From positions 187,141-251,140 of the IMG/VR virus record IMGVR_UViG_3300028413_000003: a stretch of 64,000 bases of DNA, one strand, 5' to 3'. Below, piece after piece: positions 1 to 9,900 of this stretch (its first letter is position 1; every line of letters starts with the position of its first letter). The stretch is from a virus. Lineage: Duplodnaviria > Heunggongvirae > Uroviricota > Caudoviricetes. The notes under the pieces are model-generated. The model was given only the letters and a program-made list of their open reading frames with translations, was not told the DNA's origin and did not search any database. Position numbers and translations under genes: made by a program.

Positions 1-502
1 CTGCTAGGCTAGCAAATGTAAAAGTAACTACATGATATATAGTTTGGTTATTAGAAGAATTTCCCCATGATGTGCTTCTTGCGCTCGCATCTGCAGTGCC
101 AAGAGAAAAACTACTATCTGGCCAGCCAGATGTACTTCCGTCAAAATTGCTAATATCAACTACTAGTTGATTATAATCGTTTATGCCCGATGTTGTACTA
201 GTTGATGTTGCCGTTTTTGCTCCAGTAACTTGATTAAATTCTAGAGAAACGTCGGCACCAATTGTTTGTCCGGTTGCAGGAACGTTGATAAGAGCGGAGA
301 TTGATCCAGCTTGATGAACATAGCAGCCTTGTGCATCAAGGTACAGTTCTTCCAGTTGTTGAGATGTAACTTTGCTCGATGTAGCAACCACCGGTGATGA
401 TCTTAAAGTTTGACCGTAGGTGGTATTATACACTGTTGATAGCGTGGTTCTTATATTATTATATTCTGATGCAGATATTACTCCGCCAACACTTACAGGC
501 AT
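1..502 (-). CDS. Virion structural protein, partial (runs off window start); paralog of 535..1422
   Basis: Not in the ORF track. ATG at 502 with GGAGA RBS upstream; reads MPVSVGGVISASEYNNIRTTLSTVYNTTYGQTLRSS...LYLDAQGCYVHQAG, matching MAVGDIISAARYNAMQ...YGQVLSSS...LKTDLVNIHAHQNG of the adjacent ORF. TAAATA motif at 524-529. Confidence 0.8.
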   Translation of the reverse strand, partial: MPVSVGGVISASEYNNIRTTLSTVYNTTYGQTLRSSPVVATSSKVTSQQLEELYLDAQGCYVHQAGSISALINVPATGQTIGADVSLEFNQVTGAKTATSTSTTSGINDYNQLVVDISNFDGSTSGWPDSSFSLGTADASARSTSWGNSSNNQTIYHVVTFTFASLA

Positions 503-534
503 GTATAGTCTCCGTTAACAGTGTATTTATTGCA

Positions 535-1422
535 TCATGTACTAAGAGCACTAATGTTTGAAAACAACGGACTTGGTACCGAAACATATGCACCAGTTGC
601 TCTAAATTGGTTAATTATGCTTGTGATATTACCAGTAACGTTTTCGTCAATTGATCCGCCAGGGCCGGTTGCCCCTGCCCCATCTATAAATTCGACCAGG
701 AAAGTTAATGCGTCAGCAGTTGCCTTGGCACGAATGGTGTAAAAAGTGTCCGAATATCCAGTGGTTTTTGAGTTTGTATAAATTTGTACATATTCAGCAT
801 TGTCTATCAAATCAAAATTACCAATGTTTGCAGAAGTATCAGTTACAATTGTAGCAGTTGATACCGCTGTGGTATGATTGAAAATAATAGATTGCATACT
901 GGATAAGAACGATGCCCAGGCTGACGATTTGGCATCTGCCGGGGCAGATAATTGAGCGCCAAATCGTATTTGGCCTCCGGAATTAAAGAAGTATCTCCGT
1001 GCATTTGCAGATTCAAATGTTACCCTAAACTCATGTGTGATTGTGCCATTCCAGGTGGTATTTCTAGTACTAGATGCTAGTGCAGAAGTTGTAGCTTCTG
1101 CAGGATCAATTTTAAAACGAGATGCTCCGGTAATTCCAGAAGTTATAGATTCATACTGGGTGTACGCGCTATTTGTAATATCAGTGTTAGCAGCAATTGA
1201 CAGCAGTACCGGTAAAGCACCGTTTTGGTGAGCATGTATGTTAACAAGATCAGTTTTTAATCTTTGCATGTGAGTAGCAACAACTGTGGCGCCTGGCGCC
1301 ACAGCAGAACTTGACAATACCTGTCCGTACCCAAAGTTAGTTGCCCCGTTGCCTAAAACTTGAGTTACAATTGTTTGCATTGCATTGTATCGTGCTGCTG
1401 AGATTATATCGCCTACGGCCAT
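535..1422 (-). CDS. Virion structural protein (tail/baseplate-associated)
   Basis: 295-aa Thr/Ala/Gly-rich ORF in the tail module; TATAAATA at 1451-1458 upstream; paralog of the ORF at 1-502. Confidence 0.75.
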   Translation of the reverse strand: MAVGDIISAARYNAMQTIVTQVLGNGATNFGYGQVLSSSAVAPGATVVATHMQRLKTDLVNIHAHQNGALPVLLSIAANTDITNSAYTQYESITSGITGASRFKIDPAEATTSALASSTRNTTWNGTITHEFRVTFESANARRYFFNSGGQIRFGAQLSAPADAKSSAWASFLSSMQSIIFNHTTAVSTATIVTDTSANIGNFDLIDNAEYVQIYTNSKTTGYSDTFYTIRAKATADALTFLVEFIDGAGATGPGGSIDENVTGNITSIINQFRATGAYVSVPSPLFSNISALST

Positions 1423-1453
1423 TATTTTTTTTCCTATAAACTGCTAGTTTTAT

Positions 1454-2905
1454 TTATACCTTAAGCACACACTCAACTAATTTTTCGTCGTTGCTGTAAT
1501 TTGACTCAAGTGATATTCCAACTAGTGCAGTAGTTGCAATTGTAGTACATACACCGTCGACCATTGCATACACTGCTTGACCTTTTTTAACTGGTCCTGA
1601 TACTCTAACAGGTAGACGACCCTTTAGACCAACGGGCTGACCGTGTGCTTCGCTGTTCATTAAGTATGCAGGGTCAGTTGATATAACCCCAATGCAATGG
1701 TTACTCGCAGTAGCAGGTTCTACCTCGTAGTCAATACTTGCGCTAACTGCTACTGCGGTTCCAGGAAGTAGTTCTTCGTTGGTTGAATAATTTTCTGCTA
1801 AATCGGCATATCGAGCAGTTGTTGCTATTCCACGAAATACTACCGCAGTTATGTCGCCACTTGCATCTCTTGCTGCGATAGTATTTATAGAACCGGCAGT
1901 TGTAGCTGTTCTATATAAGCCGCTAACAGATAATGTATCTGCCTGTGTTGCAGTACCATTAAATGTAGTTGCATAAATGTTAGACCATCGTTCAGTAATC
2001 GTGCCCAATGCATACGTGTTGTTTACTGCTGGCTTAATTTCAGTGTTAGAAATATTTATAATATCTCCGTCGGCTGCATTTTGAATTTTAAGCAGGCCTC
2101 GTTTAAGTTGTATTATAGGTGTAAAAGCATCGGGTGCAATTTTAACAACTAGGTCGTCGTCATTGCCTAGTGTAAATCCAGGATCATTGAACTTAACAAC
2201 ATTGGTAAATACTGCATTATCAGTTGTAAGAAATTCTGCTGCGGTTTGGCCGTTTAAAGTTAATGCATTGCTTGCAGTTCCCCAATAAACATGATCGCTT
2301 GTAGTAACACCGGCTGTTGCTGCCTGAGTATTCACAAGCGTTGTACCTTGTTTGATTTCGTCAAACCCTGTGATTGCATCACCTGCTGAGATTGTAAATG
2401 CAGTCGGACTTGTAATATAAACAATGATATCTTCAATAGTAGCAGCAATAACTGCATGCGGATTACCAACCGTGTCAAAGAGCGTCAGTGATTGCATTTG
2501 AGTAAGTCCGGATCCTGCGCCCTGTGGTCCTACTAGTACCCACTCATTTACTGAATTTCTACTATAGAGCTGATTGGTACTGTTGTTCCACCAAAGTTCT
2601 CCCTCGGATAGACCAATTGGTGCAGTTGCGCTTACTTCGCCGCCGCCTGTTGTTTTCCAAATTGTACCATCATATACTCTAATTTTAGAATTAATACTGT
2701 CGTACCACAGCATGCCGGCGATTGGCCGAGTTGGAGCTGTTGACGAAGCAAAATTTTCTAAAAGGAACAAAAAGTTTTCGTTCTGTGCTTCGCCGTAGCC
2801 AGCAAAGTTTTTGCCAATGAATTTTACTTCAGTAGCTTGATTTACCGTTCCATCTTCAACTGTTGTTAAGACCGATCCGTTGTATCTGTTAATAATATAA
2901 GCCAT
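1454..2905 (-). CDS. Tail fibre-like protein with C-terminal autocleaving chaperone-like domain (peptidase G2/IMC type)
   Basis: N-terminal NENFLFLLENFA...P..P..GMLWYD module shared with the next two ORFs; C-terminal ARYADLAENY...IGVISTDPAYLMNS...VGLKGRLPVRV motif typical of fibre intramolecular chaperones. Confidence 0.7.
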   Translation of the reverse strand: MAYIINRYNGSVLTTVEDGTVNQATEVKFIGKNFAGYGEAQNENFLFLLENFASSTAPTRPIAGMLWYDSINSKIRVYDGTIWKTTGGGEVSATAPIGLSEGELWWNNSTNQLYSRNSVNEWVLVGPQGAGSGLTQMQSLTLFDTVGNPHAVIAATIEDIIVYITSPTAFTISAGDAITGFDEIKQGTTLVNTQAATAGVTTSDHVYWGTASNALTLNGQTAAEFLTTDNAVFTNVVKFNDPGFTLGNDDDLVVKIAPDAFTPIIQLKRGLLKIQNAADGDIINISNTEIKPAVNNTYALGTITERWSNIYATTFNGTATQADTLSVSGLYRTATTAGSINTIAARDASGDITAVVFRGIATTARYADLAENYSTNEELLPGTAVAVSASIDYEVEPATASNHCIGVISTDPAYLMNSEAHGQPVGLKGRLPVRVSGPVKKGQAVYAMVDGVCTTIATTALVGISLESNYSNDEKLVECVLKV

Positions 2906-2958
2906 TTATGGTTTAACCCCTATTGCGTTAATAGTATTTATCAGTTAAACATTATATC

Positions 2959-4278
2959 TTAGCTTACGTCTTCAATATAGGCCCAACTTCCGGCAACTAC
3001 TCTAAATCTCTTCAAAGTACGTGCAACAGTTAATGCAAGTGTGTTAGTAGCATTGTTAAATAATACATCAGCTAACACAGACTGGTTTTCGGTACCTGCT
3101 TTGTCAACTGTGACAAAAGTTTTTGAAATTCCATCAGACGCATTGTACGTGTTTGTTCCGCTGTATTCGGTACAATGTATTAATGCTTCTACGTTGTCAA
3201 TTTTTGTGCTCGACGGCACCATAGATTCAATTATGTCTACAATCAATGAATTATTTAATCCTGTAATATCAAGTGAGAAGAAAACGTCAGTGTTTGTTAT
3301 GGCACCCTCAATGGCAAGATTTCCTGTTATTCTTACATCTCCAGAAACATCAAGGTTATATTGCGGATTATCTTGCCAAATTCCTACATTTCCAGCAGTA
3401 GTATTAACAGTTAGGTAATCAATTAAAAAGTTTTCACTCACTGTTGGTCCTGGGTTAACTTGAAATTTGATTCCTGCGTTGCCAGTCTGACTTCTCAATA
3501 TAGTATTATTATCTGATACAAGTAATTTGAAATCATTATTGTCGCCAACTGTTAGACCAAGATCGGTCTGTATTTTTAATATACCAGTTGTTGTATTACC
3601 AACTACTTCACTTTCTGGATTGGTTCGAAGAAATCCAGTATCTGATATTCCAGAAATTGATAATGCAGATTCAGCAGTTCCGTGGTAAAGAAAATTAGAA
3701 TACAAAGAGCTAATATTAATACCTTCTTTGATATCTTTCTCAAAATTAGGCAAAGCAATGGCCATAGTAAACGATTCTCTGCTAATGATTGCTATCGGTT
3801 GTGCAGCTATTAACAATCGCACAACAACTTTTGAATTTCCAAACTCGTCAACTAGAGTTTGAACATCTAATCCGGACTCTCCCTGTGCAACAGTGTAAAT
3901 TGGGCCTGCAAGAAATGTATTATCGCCATCGCTAAACTTTAATTGCTTGTTTGCAGTATCGACCCAAAGTTCTCCAGGTGCTAATGAAGGAGTTGTAGAA
4001 GAAACAACAGTTGCAGCAGTTGCTATAAAAGATTCTCCATTGTAGATTTTTAATCTTACTTCGCTAGTATCGTACCAAAGCTGTCCAACAAGTGGGTTTG
4101 ACGGGGCGGCGGTATTTGCAAAGTTTTCAAGAACTTTAACAAAATTCTCATTAAATGCTTCGCCGTATCCTGTATAATTTCTTCCAATAAGAATCAAGTC
4201 GGTGGTCTCGTCATCGATTCTGCCGTCAATCAAATCTACTAAAAGTGCGCCGTTGGTTGTATTAATTTTATAACTCAT
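2959..4278 (-). CDS. Tail fibre/baseplate wedge protein (paralog family)
   Basis: Shared N-terminal module GRNYTGYGEAFNENFVKVLENFANTAAPSNPLVGQLWYD; beta-rich fibre motif GNVGIWQDNPQYNLDVSGDVRITG. Confidence 0.7.
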   Translation of the reverse strand: MSYKINTTNGALLVDLIDGRIDDETTDLILIGRNYTGYGEAFNENFVKVLENFANTAAPSNPLVGQLWYDTSEVRLKIYNGESFIATAATVVSSTTPSLAPGELWVDTANKQLKFSDGDNTFLAGPIYTVAQGESGLDVQTLVDEFGNSKVVVRLLIAAQPIAIISRESFTMAIALPNFEKDIKEGINISSLYSNFLYHGTAESALSISGISDTGFLRTNPESEVVGNTTTGILKIQTDLGLTVGDNNDFKLLVSDNNTILRSQTGNAGIKFQVNPGPTVSENFLIDYLTVNTTAGNVGIWQDNPQYNLDVSGDVRITGNLAIEGAITNTDVFFSLDITGLNNSLIVDIIESMVPSSTKIDNVEALIHCTEYSGTNTYNASDGISKTFVTVDKAGTENQSVLADVLFNNATNTLALTVARTLKRFRVVAGSWAYIEDVS

Positions 4279-6353
4279 TAAAAGACTCCGTGGTATATGA
4301 TAAAGTTAACTGTTGCAAAAGGCGAAACTGTTTTAAATTCTTCTTGCGATAATGCACGATTGGCAATGCCTTCTGTTCTTGTTATTCCTGACCCAGTGAG
4401 TGGCCCAGTAGATGATGGAAGCGCGCTAACCGCTGACGAGTCAGCTGGATTGGTAACGTTGTTGTTAGTAGCATAAAATTGTGTTCCAGCATCGCCTTGT
4501 AAACTGTGCGTGTGCTCCGGTAATTGATCTGTTTCGATTAATGCAGCAGACGAGCCGCCGTAGTTGCCAACCGTGTTAGCAGCGCCGTCGTTGAGGACTC
4601 GAGCAGCACCAGTTGCTCCGGCCAGTCCTCCTAGCAAAGATCGGCCGCGCATGTCAGGAGATTTAAATAGTAACAGCGGCGATGACGAAATTCCAAAGCT
4701 TGGACCGATGATGTTATATAATAGTTCGTATGTAGCAATTTCGTACTCTGCTCCGTCACACATTAACCACCCAGTTGGCGCTGCTTGGCCGCCAAACGGT
4801 AAAATAGTGCCAATTGGAACCAGTGGACCTAATGCATCGTTGGGTATTTTTTCTAATAATGCTCGTTGCTCTACTATTCGTATTCCAGTACCGGGTCTGT
4901 TAACTAAGATTTGATCAGTTGTTTCCGACGTTGTTACTTTATCCTTATCAGTGAAGAATGTATCATTTAACGTAGTATTAAACTCTTTTGTCAATCCACT
5001 AACTTGGCCGTCAAACTCAACAACTTGAGATATTACATCACCAACTAATTGAAAACTTGTAGCACTGCTTAACTTCCCAGCCGACGATGCCGATCCTGTT
5101 ATGTTACCGGTTAAGTTTCCAGTAAATGCCCCAGTGAATCTTTCAGCGAACATATTAGAAAACGGCAGCAATAACGACCCAACGCTTGATAGACTTGACG
5201 AGGTTGTTACAATATTGTTAACAGTAATATTTCCTGTAACAGTTGCAGTTCCGTCGACTTCCAAATCTCCTAGTATACTGCTGTTGCCACTGACAATTAA
5301 ATTTGACGGATCAGAATCTGAGTTAGTGCCAACATTGAGATTGCCAGCTGTTCTCACATCACCTCGGACATCGAGCGTGGCTGTTGGAATCCTAGTCGGA
5401 CTACCAATTACTACACTAGTATCGTGGTAGACTCTTAGTGCAGTTGTTAACACTCCGTCTTTTCTTACTCTGAAGTCAATGCTGCCATCAGATGCACCAT
5501 TTCTAATTTCACCAATGCTTCCTGAAACAGACATTTTAAACTTTGTGTCGTCGCCGACTGTTATGCCGTCGTTACTATTTACTGTTAACGATTTTGTAAA
5601 AGTATTTGCATTGCTGAGTATTGCAAATTCAGCAGCAGCCCTTGGTGAACCGTTGATGATTAGACTCTCGGCTGTACTTGCAACGCCGTAATATTTTGTA
5701 TTGGTTGTTATGCCGCCTAGGTCTTCCCCTGTGCCTGTTATTGTTTTACTTAGGTTAACACCAGGATAGATTATATTATTAGTTGCGCCAGTTGAAAAAC
5801 CTGGAAGATCACTTTGATTCTTGGCTGTAAATTGATCTGCACTAATCACCGATATAACTTTATTTGCAATATAGTTGACTATAACAGTTCTGACCTTGTT
5901 GTTAGTGTCTTTGATAGTTTGTGTTGTTGTTCCTGTGCCGCTGCCTGCTGCGTCTGACGGGCCAACAAGAATCCAACCAGATCCGCTGTATAAATAAAGC
6001 TGCCGTGTCGAGGTGTTAATCCATAAATCTCCCAGTGTACTCGAAGTTGCATCGGGTTCGGTTGTTGCTTTTTTTAGTCCACCGGCACTTACCCACTGGG
6101 TGCCATCGTAAAGTTTTAATTGGTTGGCATTGTCAGTTGTGTCGTACCATAACTGGCCTTCAACTGGTCTTGCAGGAGAACTAGTGTTTGCAAAATTTTC
6201 CAGTAGATGCAAGAAGTTCTCTGCAACAATTGTTCCGTATTCTCCTTGATCTCTGCCAGGAAGTGACAGGCTAGTTTCATTGTTGAAGGTTTTGTCAACA
6301 ACAACAATCGAGCCTTTGTTGACGTTATCGGTAAATTTTACATTGTATGGCAT
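4278..6353 (-). CDS. Short tail fibre-like protein with tail-collar domain
   Basis: Same N-terminal module; C-terminal collar motif PIGTILPFGGQAAPTGWLMCDG...PDMRGR and terminal PFATVNFIIY. Confidence 0.8.
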   Translation of the reverse strand: MPYNVKFTDNVNKGSIVVVDKTFNNETSLSLPGRDQGEYGTIVAENFLHLLENFANTSSPARPVEGQLWYDTTDNANQLKLYDGTQWVSAGGLKKATTEPDATSSTLGDLWINTSTRQLYLYSGSGWILVGPSDAAGSGTGTTTQTIKDTNNKVRTVIVNYIANKVISVISADQFTAKNQSDLPGFSTGATNNIIYPGVNLSKTITGTGEDLGGITTNTKYYGVASTAESLIINGSPRAAAEFAILSNANTFTKSLTVNSNDGITVGDDTKFKMSVSGSIGEIRNGASDGSIDFRVRKDGVLTTALRVYHDTSVVIGSPTRIPTATLDVRGDVRTAGNLNVGTNSDSDPSNLIVSGNSSILGDLEVDGTATVTGNITVNNIVTTSSSLSSVGSLLLPFSNMFAERFTGAFTGNLTGNITGSASSAGKLSSATSFQLVGDVISQVVEFDGQVSGLTKEFNTTLNDTFFTDKDKVTTSETTDQILVNRPGTGIRIVEQRALLEKIPNDALGPLVPIGTILPFGGQAAPTGWLMCDGAEYEIATYELLYNIIGPSFGISSSPLLLFKSPDMRGRSLLGGLAGATGAARVLNDGAANTVGNYGGSSAALIETDQLPEHTHSLQGDAGTQFYATNNNVTNPADSSAVSALPSSTGPLTGSGITRTEGIANRALSQEEFKTVSPFATVNFIIYHGVF

Positions 6354-6355
6354 TT

Positions 6356-6976
6356 TTATCCCTCGTTGAAGCCGCTGAGGCTTTGTACTCTAACAGTATA
6401 ATCAATTTGTATTAATCTGTTTAAACTTTTTTGAACAGGATGAAATATAACATGTGTTAGCAAACGTCCTGTGTCTGACGACTTGAAACCTTTTAATCCT
6501 AGTTCGTCAAAAACATATAATCCATTGCTGTTACTGCTTGTGTCAAATGCTTCTTGCCCAGACGGCTCGCCATAATCTAATAAGCAACTGATCAAGATGT
6601 CAGTATAATTAGTTCCTGAAACATGTCGAACTTCTGTTTTGTTCCTAGTAGGATCCACGTTGTTGACACTACGATCGTCAATAACTTTTGTATAAGTTTG
6701 ATTGTATAAACTAGCATTTGTTCCAGTTGTGTTCGGAGTTAAATATGTAATAATACCTGTTGGATCCACACTTGTTCCGCCGTTGCCAAAACTCATTTCG
6801 TAGATAAACCCCTGTCCGCGATTGGCCAAGCTTTCTGCTAATGATAAACTCATGTTTTCATAATTAATAGCATTTCGTTTGTTAATAAAGGTTTCTCCGG
6901 ATGCTGGGTCAAATATCTTAATATGACCTTCGACGTGTAAACCGCTATATTCTTTTAAATTTGTCATTCCTACCAC
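6356..6976 (-). CDS. Baseplate/virion structural protein
   Basis: 206-aa ORF in the baseplate operon with VEGHIKIFD...FDELGL...LLTHVIFHPVQKSLNRLIQIDYTVR; TAAATA at 6985-6990. Confidence 0.65.
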   Translation of the reverse strand: MVGMTNLKEYSGLHVEGHIKIFDPASGETFINKRNAINYENMSLSLAESLANRGQGFIYEMSFGNGGTSVDPTGIITYLTPNTTGTNASLYNQTYTKVIDDRSVNNVDPTRNKTEVRHVSGTNYTDILISCLLDYGEPSGQEAFDTSSNSNGLYVFDELGLKGFKSSDTGRLLTHVIFHPVQKSLNRLIQIDYTVRVQSLSGFNEG

Positions 6977-6987
6977 CTGTATTGTAT

Positions 6988-9900
6988 TTATTTAGGCAAC
7001 TCTATTGTTGCGTTTCGCAAAAAGTTACCTATGATATTATCTGTATTTGCCAACGATTTTCCTTCATCGTTCCACACTTTGCCTACTTTTCGTATGATTG
7101 AAACCAATTCTCCGTCGGCAGGTGTTATATTATTTCTGTCTAAGTTAAAGACAATAGTATTTCCGTTTAATGTAAATTCCGCGGCTACTGTATTGTCTCC
7201 TTCGGGGCTGTCTTGATGCAACGATGTATTATATCTTTCTATTGAAGCTTTTCTAAGTCTGTGTCCAGCAACAAACACTTCGATTTCGTCAACACTTAAC
7301 GGAGTGTAATCGAGCACAATATCTGTGCTTCCGTCGGACTTGATTGTCTGATTCAAAATTGTATCAGTGTAATTAACAGTCTCGTCTGGCCCTTGGCCGT
7401 ATGCTCGTGTTCCGGCGTTATACGTTTCTTTAACGCCAGTTCCTAAAGTACCTCTTCTAAGTTGCTGTACTTGATTACCATTGATTTCAAAGTATTCAAT
7501 TCTTTCGCCATTAATAAACAACACGCCTGGAATATTTTTTGCCTTGTTAGGTTGAAACATTCCAGTTGCATCTTCTAACATAATTCTAATGTCATAATAA
7601 TTTAGCGGATTTAATAGAACATAGCTGTTATCCTGGTTAAGTCTCTTGTAATGAACTCGATTTAACATGTCTTTAAAAATTCTGTATCCAAATTTATTAG
7701 TAACCGGAGTTGCGCCAAATTGTATTACATCAATAACATCATCTTCTGAAGGTGTTTTATACAACTCTATAGTAGTACCTGCAGAATTCAACGAATAATC
7801 AACTTCAGGAGTTAATAACTCTCCGTTGACTGCAATCCATGCATAACTCGAGTTTGGTATTGTTCCTCTTAATGGAATAAACCCTGTTGCAACTAGATTT
7901 CTAGTTGCATAATCAAACGAATCCGCAGTTATGTCCGAATCTGTAATGACCTTATATGTAATTCTTTCAAAATTATTAATATCATGATTACTGAACTGGT
8001 ATATTTCTACCAAATCGGCAGATTGCGGCGGTGATGTAAAAGTCATTCCTTCGCTTGTAACGTACGACACAGTAGTAACAACAACGTCGGTTGTGTTACC
8101 ATTTGCTGATATAGAAAAATTGTTATTATCTAAAAACGATTCTCTTATTTCTGTGCGCTGGCGCTGTATAGTAAGTGTGTTTGCATTAGTCGACGTAACA
8201 ACTCCGGTATAAACAGTGCTGTCCTCTGCTGATTCCAATGTTAAAGTGTCGCCAGTTGACACAATAGCTGTTATATCAGTGTCAAATATAATTTGTGTGT
8301 CAACAAAATAGTACTCTGCATCCTTGATAACATAAATGTCAAGACGTGTGCCGGCCGGTGCTACTTGAGCTGTCAATAAGTTAATTCGTATATTTACTGC
8401 ATCATAAGTGTATTCACTAGAATCCAGCTGCTGATGGTCTGCAAACACAAATACGTCGCTTGCAGTTATAAAGTTATCACTAAACTGCCATTCTTCTATG
8501 TTATAAACTCGTGAATCAGTCGTTGTATACACAACACTGTATCCGGGGTTTAAGATCTTGTTGCCAACTTTTACAAGTATATTATGAGATATAGGCTTGT
8601 TGTTAAACGGCACAGTGTTGATTGTTCCGTCAAATTTGTGATAATCATTGCTGTTGTTCGCCGTAAATGTTTTGTCAATGGTTACCTGACTGTATGTTTG
8701 TATTAACGTACTGTAAAGGCTGTATTGAACAAAGTCATCAGTTGTCAGCGCACTAACAGAAAACTCAATTTTTACTCTGTTAGGGAATCCATCACCTGCT
8801 GTTGTTTCTGCTAATATATAATCAATGCCACTGGTTAGTACATTGCCGTTAACTGTAATCAGTGCCGACACCTGATCACTCCAAGCAGCTGACGTTACAA
8901 CACTTGTTGTAGTTCCGTCGGAGTAAAAGTTAGTTGTATCAATTAGATTGATTCCGTTTGTGCCAATGGTCGTGATAGCTAAATTTGTACCAATTTGTAG
9001 TGTACCGTCATCAAAGTAGATTTTGCGATTTGTATAATCAATAGTGTATAGATCATTGCCGAGAATTACATTGTCTAATTTAACAATTACACTATCATTG
9101 GTTTGCGGAATTGCCGGTAATGAAAATTCTACACTTGATCCGTCTATGTTGTAATTTACAGTTCCGATAATACCAACACCGTCTGATGGTCTGTGATACA
9201 CCTGAATGTCCAATGTATCTCTAATTTCTCCCGGAACAAGTTCCTCTGGGCCCTTTGAAGTAGTCGGAGTAACAAAGCCGTCGCCGTCTATGTTAATTTC
9301 TCCGCTGTCAATGCCAGTTGCTGTAGTGTAGCCAAGATTGCCGCCTGACAGTTGTGTGTCGTAGCCAGAAAATATTGTTGCACCATCGCTTGTGCTTTTT
9401 CTAATGACTACAATGTCACCAGCTATTGTTGTTACTAGCTCTTCATCGATTACAATAGTAGTAGAAAACCCGTCACCGGTGATTGTCTGCATAACAGCGC
9501 CAACAGTTGTTACAGGTGTTAGTGTGCCGTAGTTCGGGTCGTCAATTCTTGTTCCGTTTAGATAGAAGTTGTATTCAACCCCGATTTCCAAGGGTTGACT
9601 TAATTCAAATATTGTTGTGCTACTGTCTAATACAAAGATTTCATCCTGGTTGGTTTCATCAAATGTGTCCCACGGCAATGATCCGTATCCTGCAATGTCC
9701 CATCCTTGGTCAATGCCAAATGTAAAGCTGTCGATTGTTACTCCTGAATATTCGACGCCATCCATTAGTTGCGCTAGGTCGTTGCCCAGCATGCCAGTTG
9801 ACGGATTATAGAAGAAGTTGATTCTGTCAGCAGCATCCAGTAAATTAATATCTTTTTGATATTGAATTTCTATCAAAGTATCTATTGCAGGCGGATTTAC

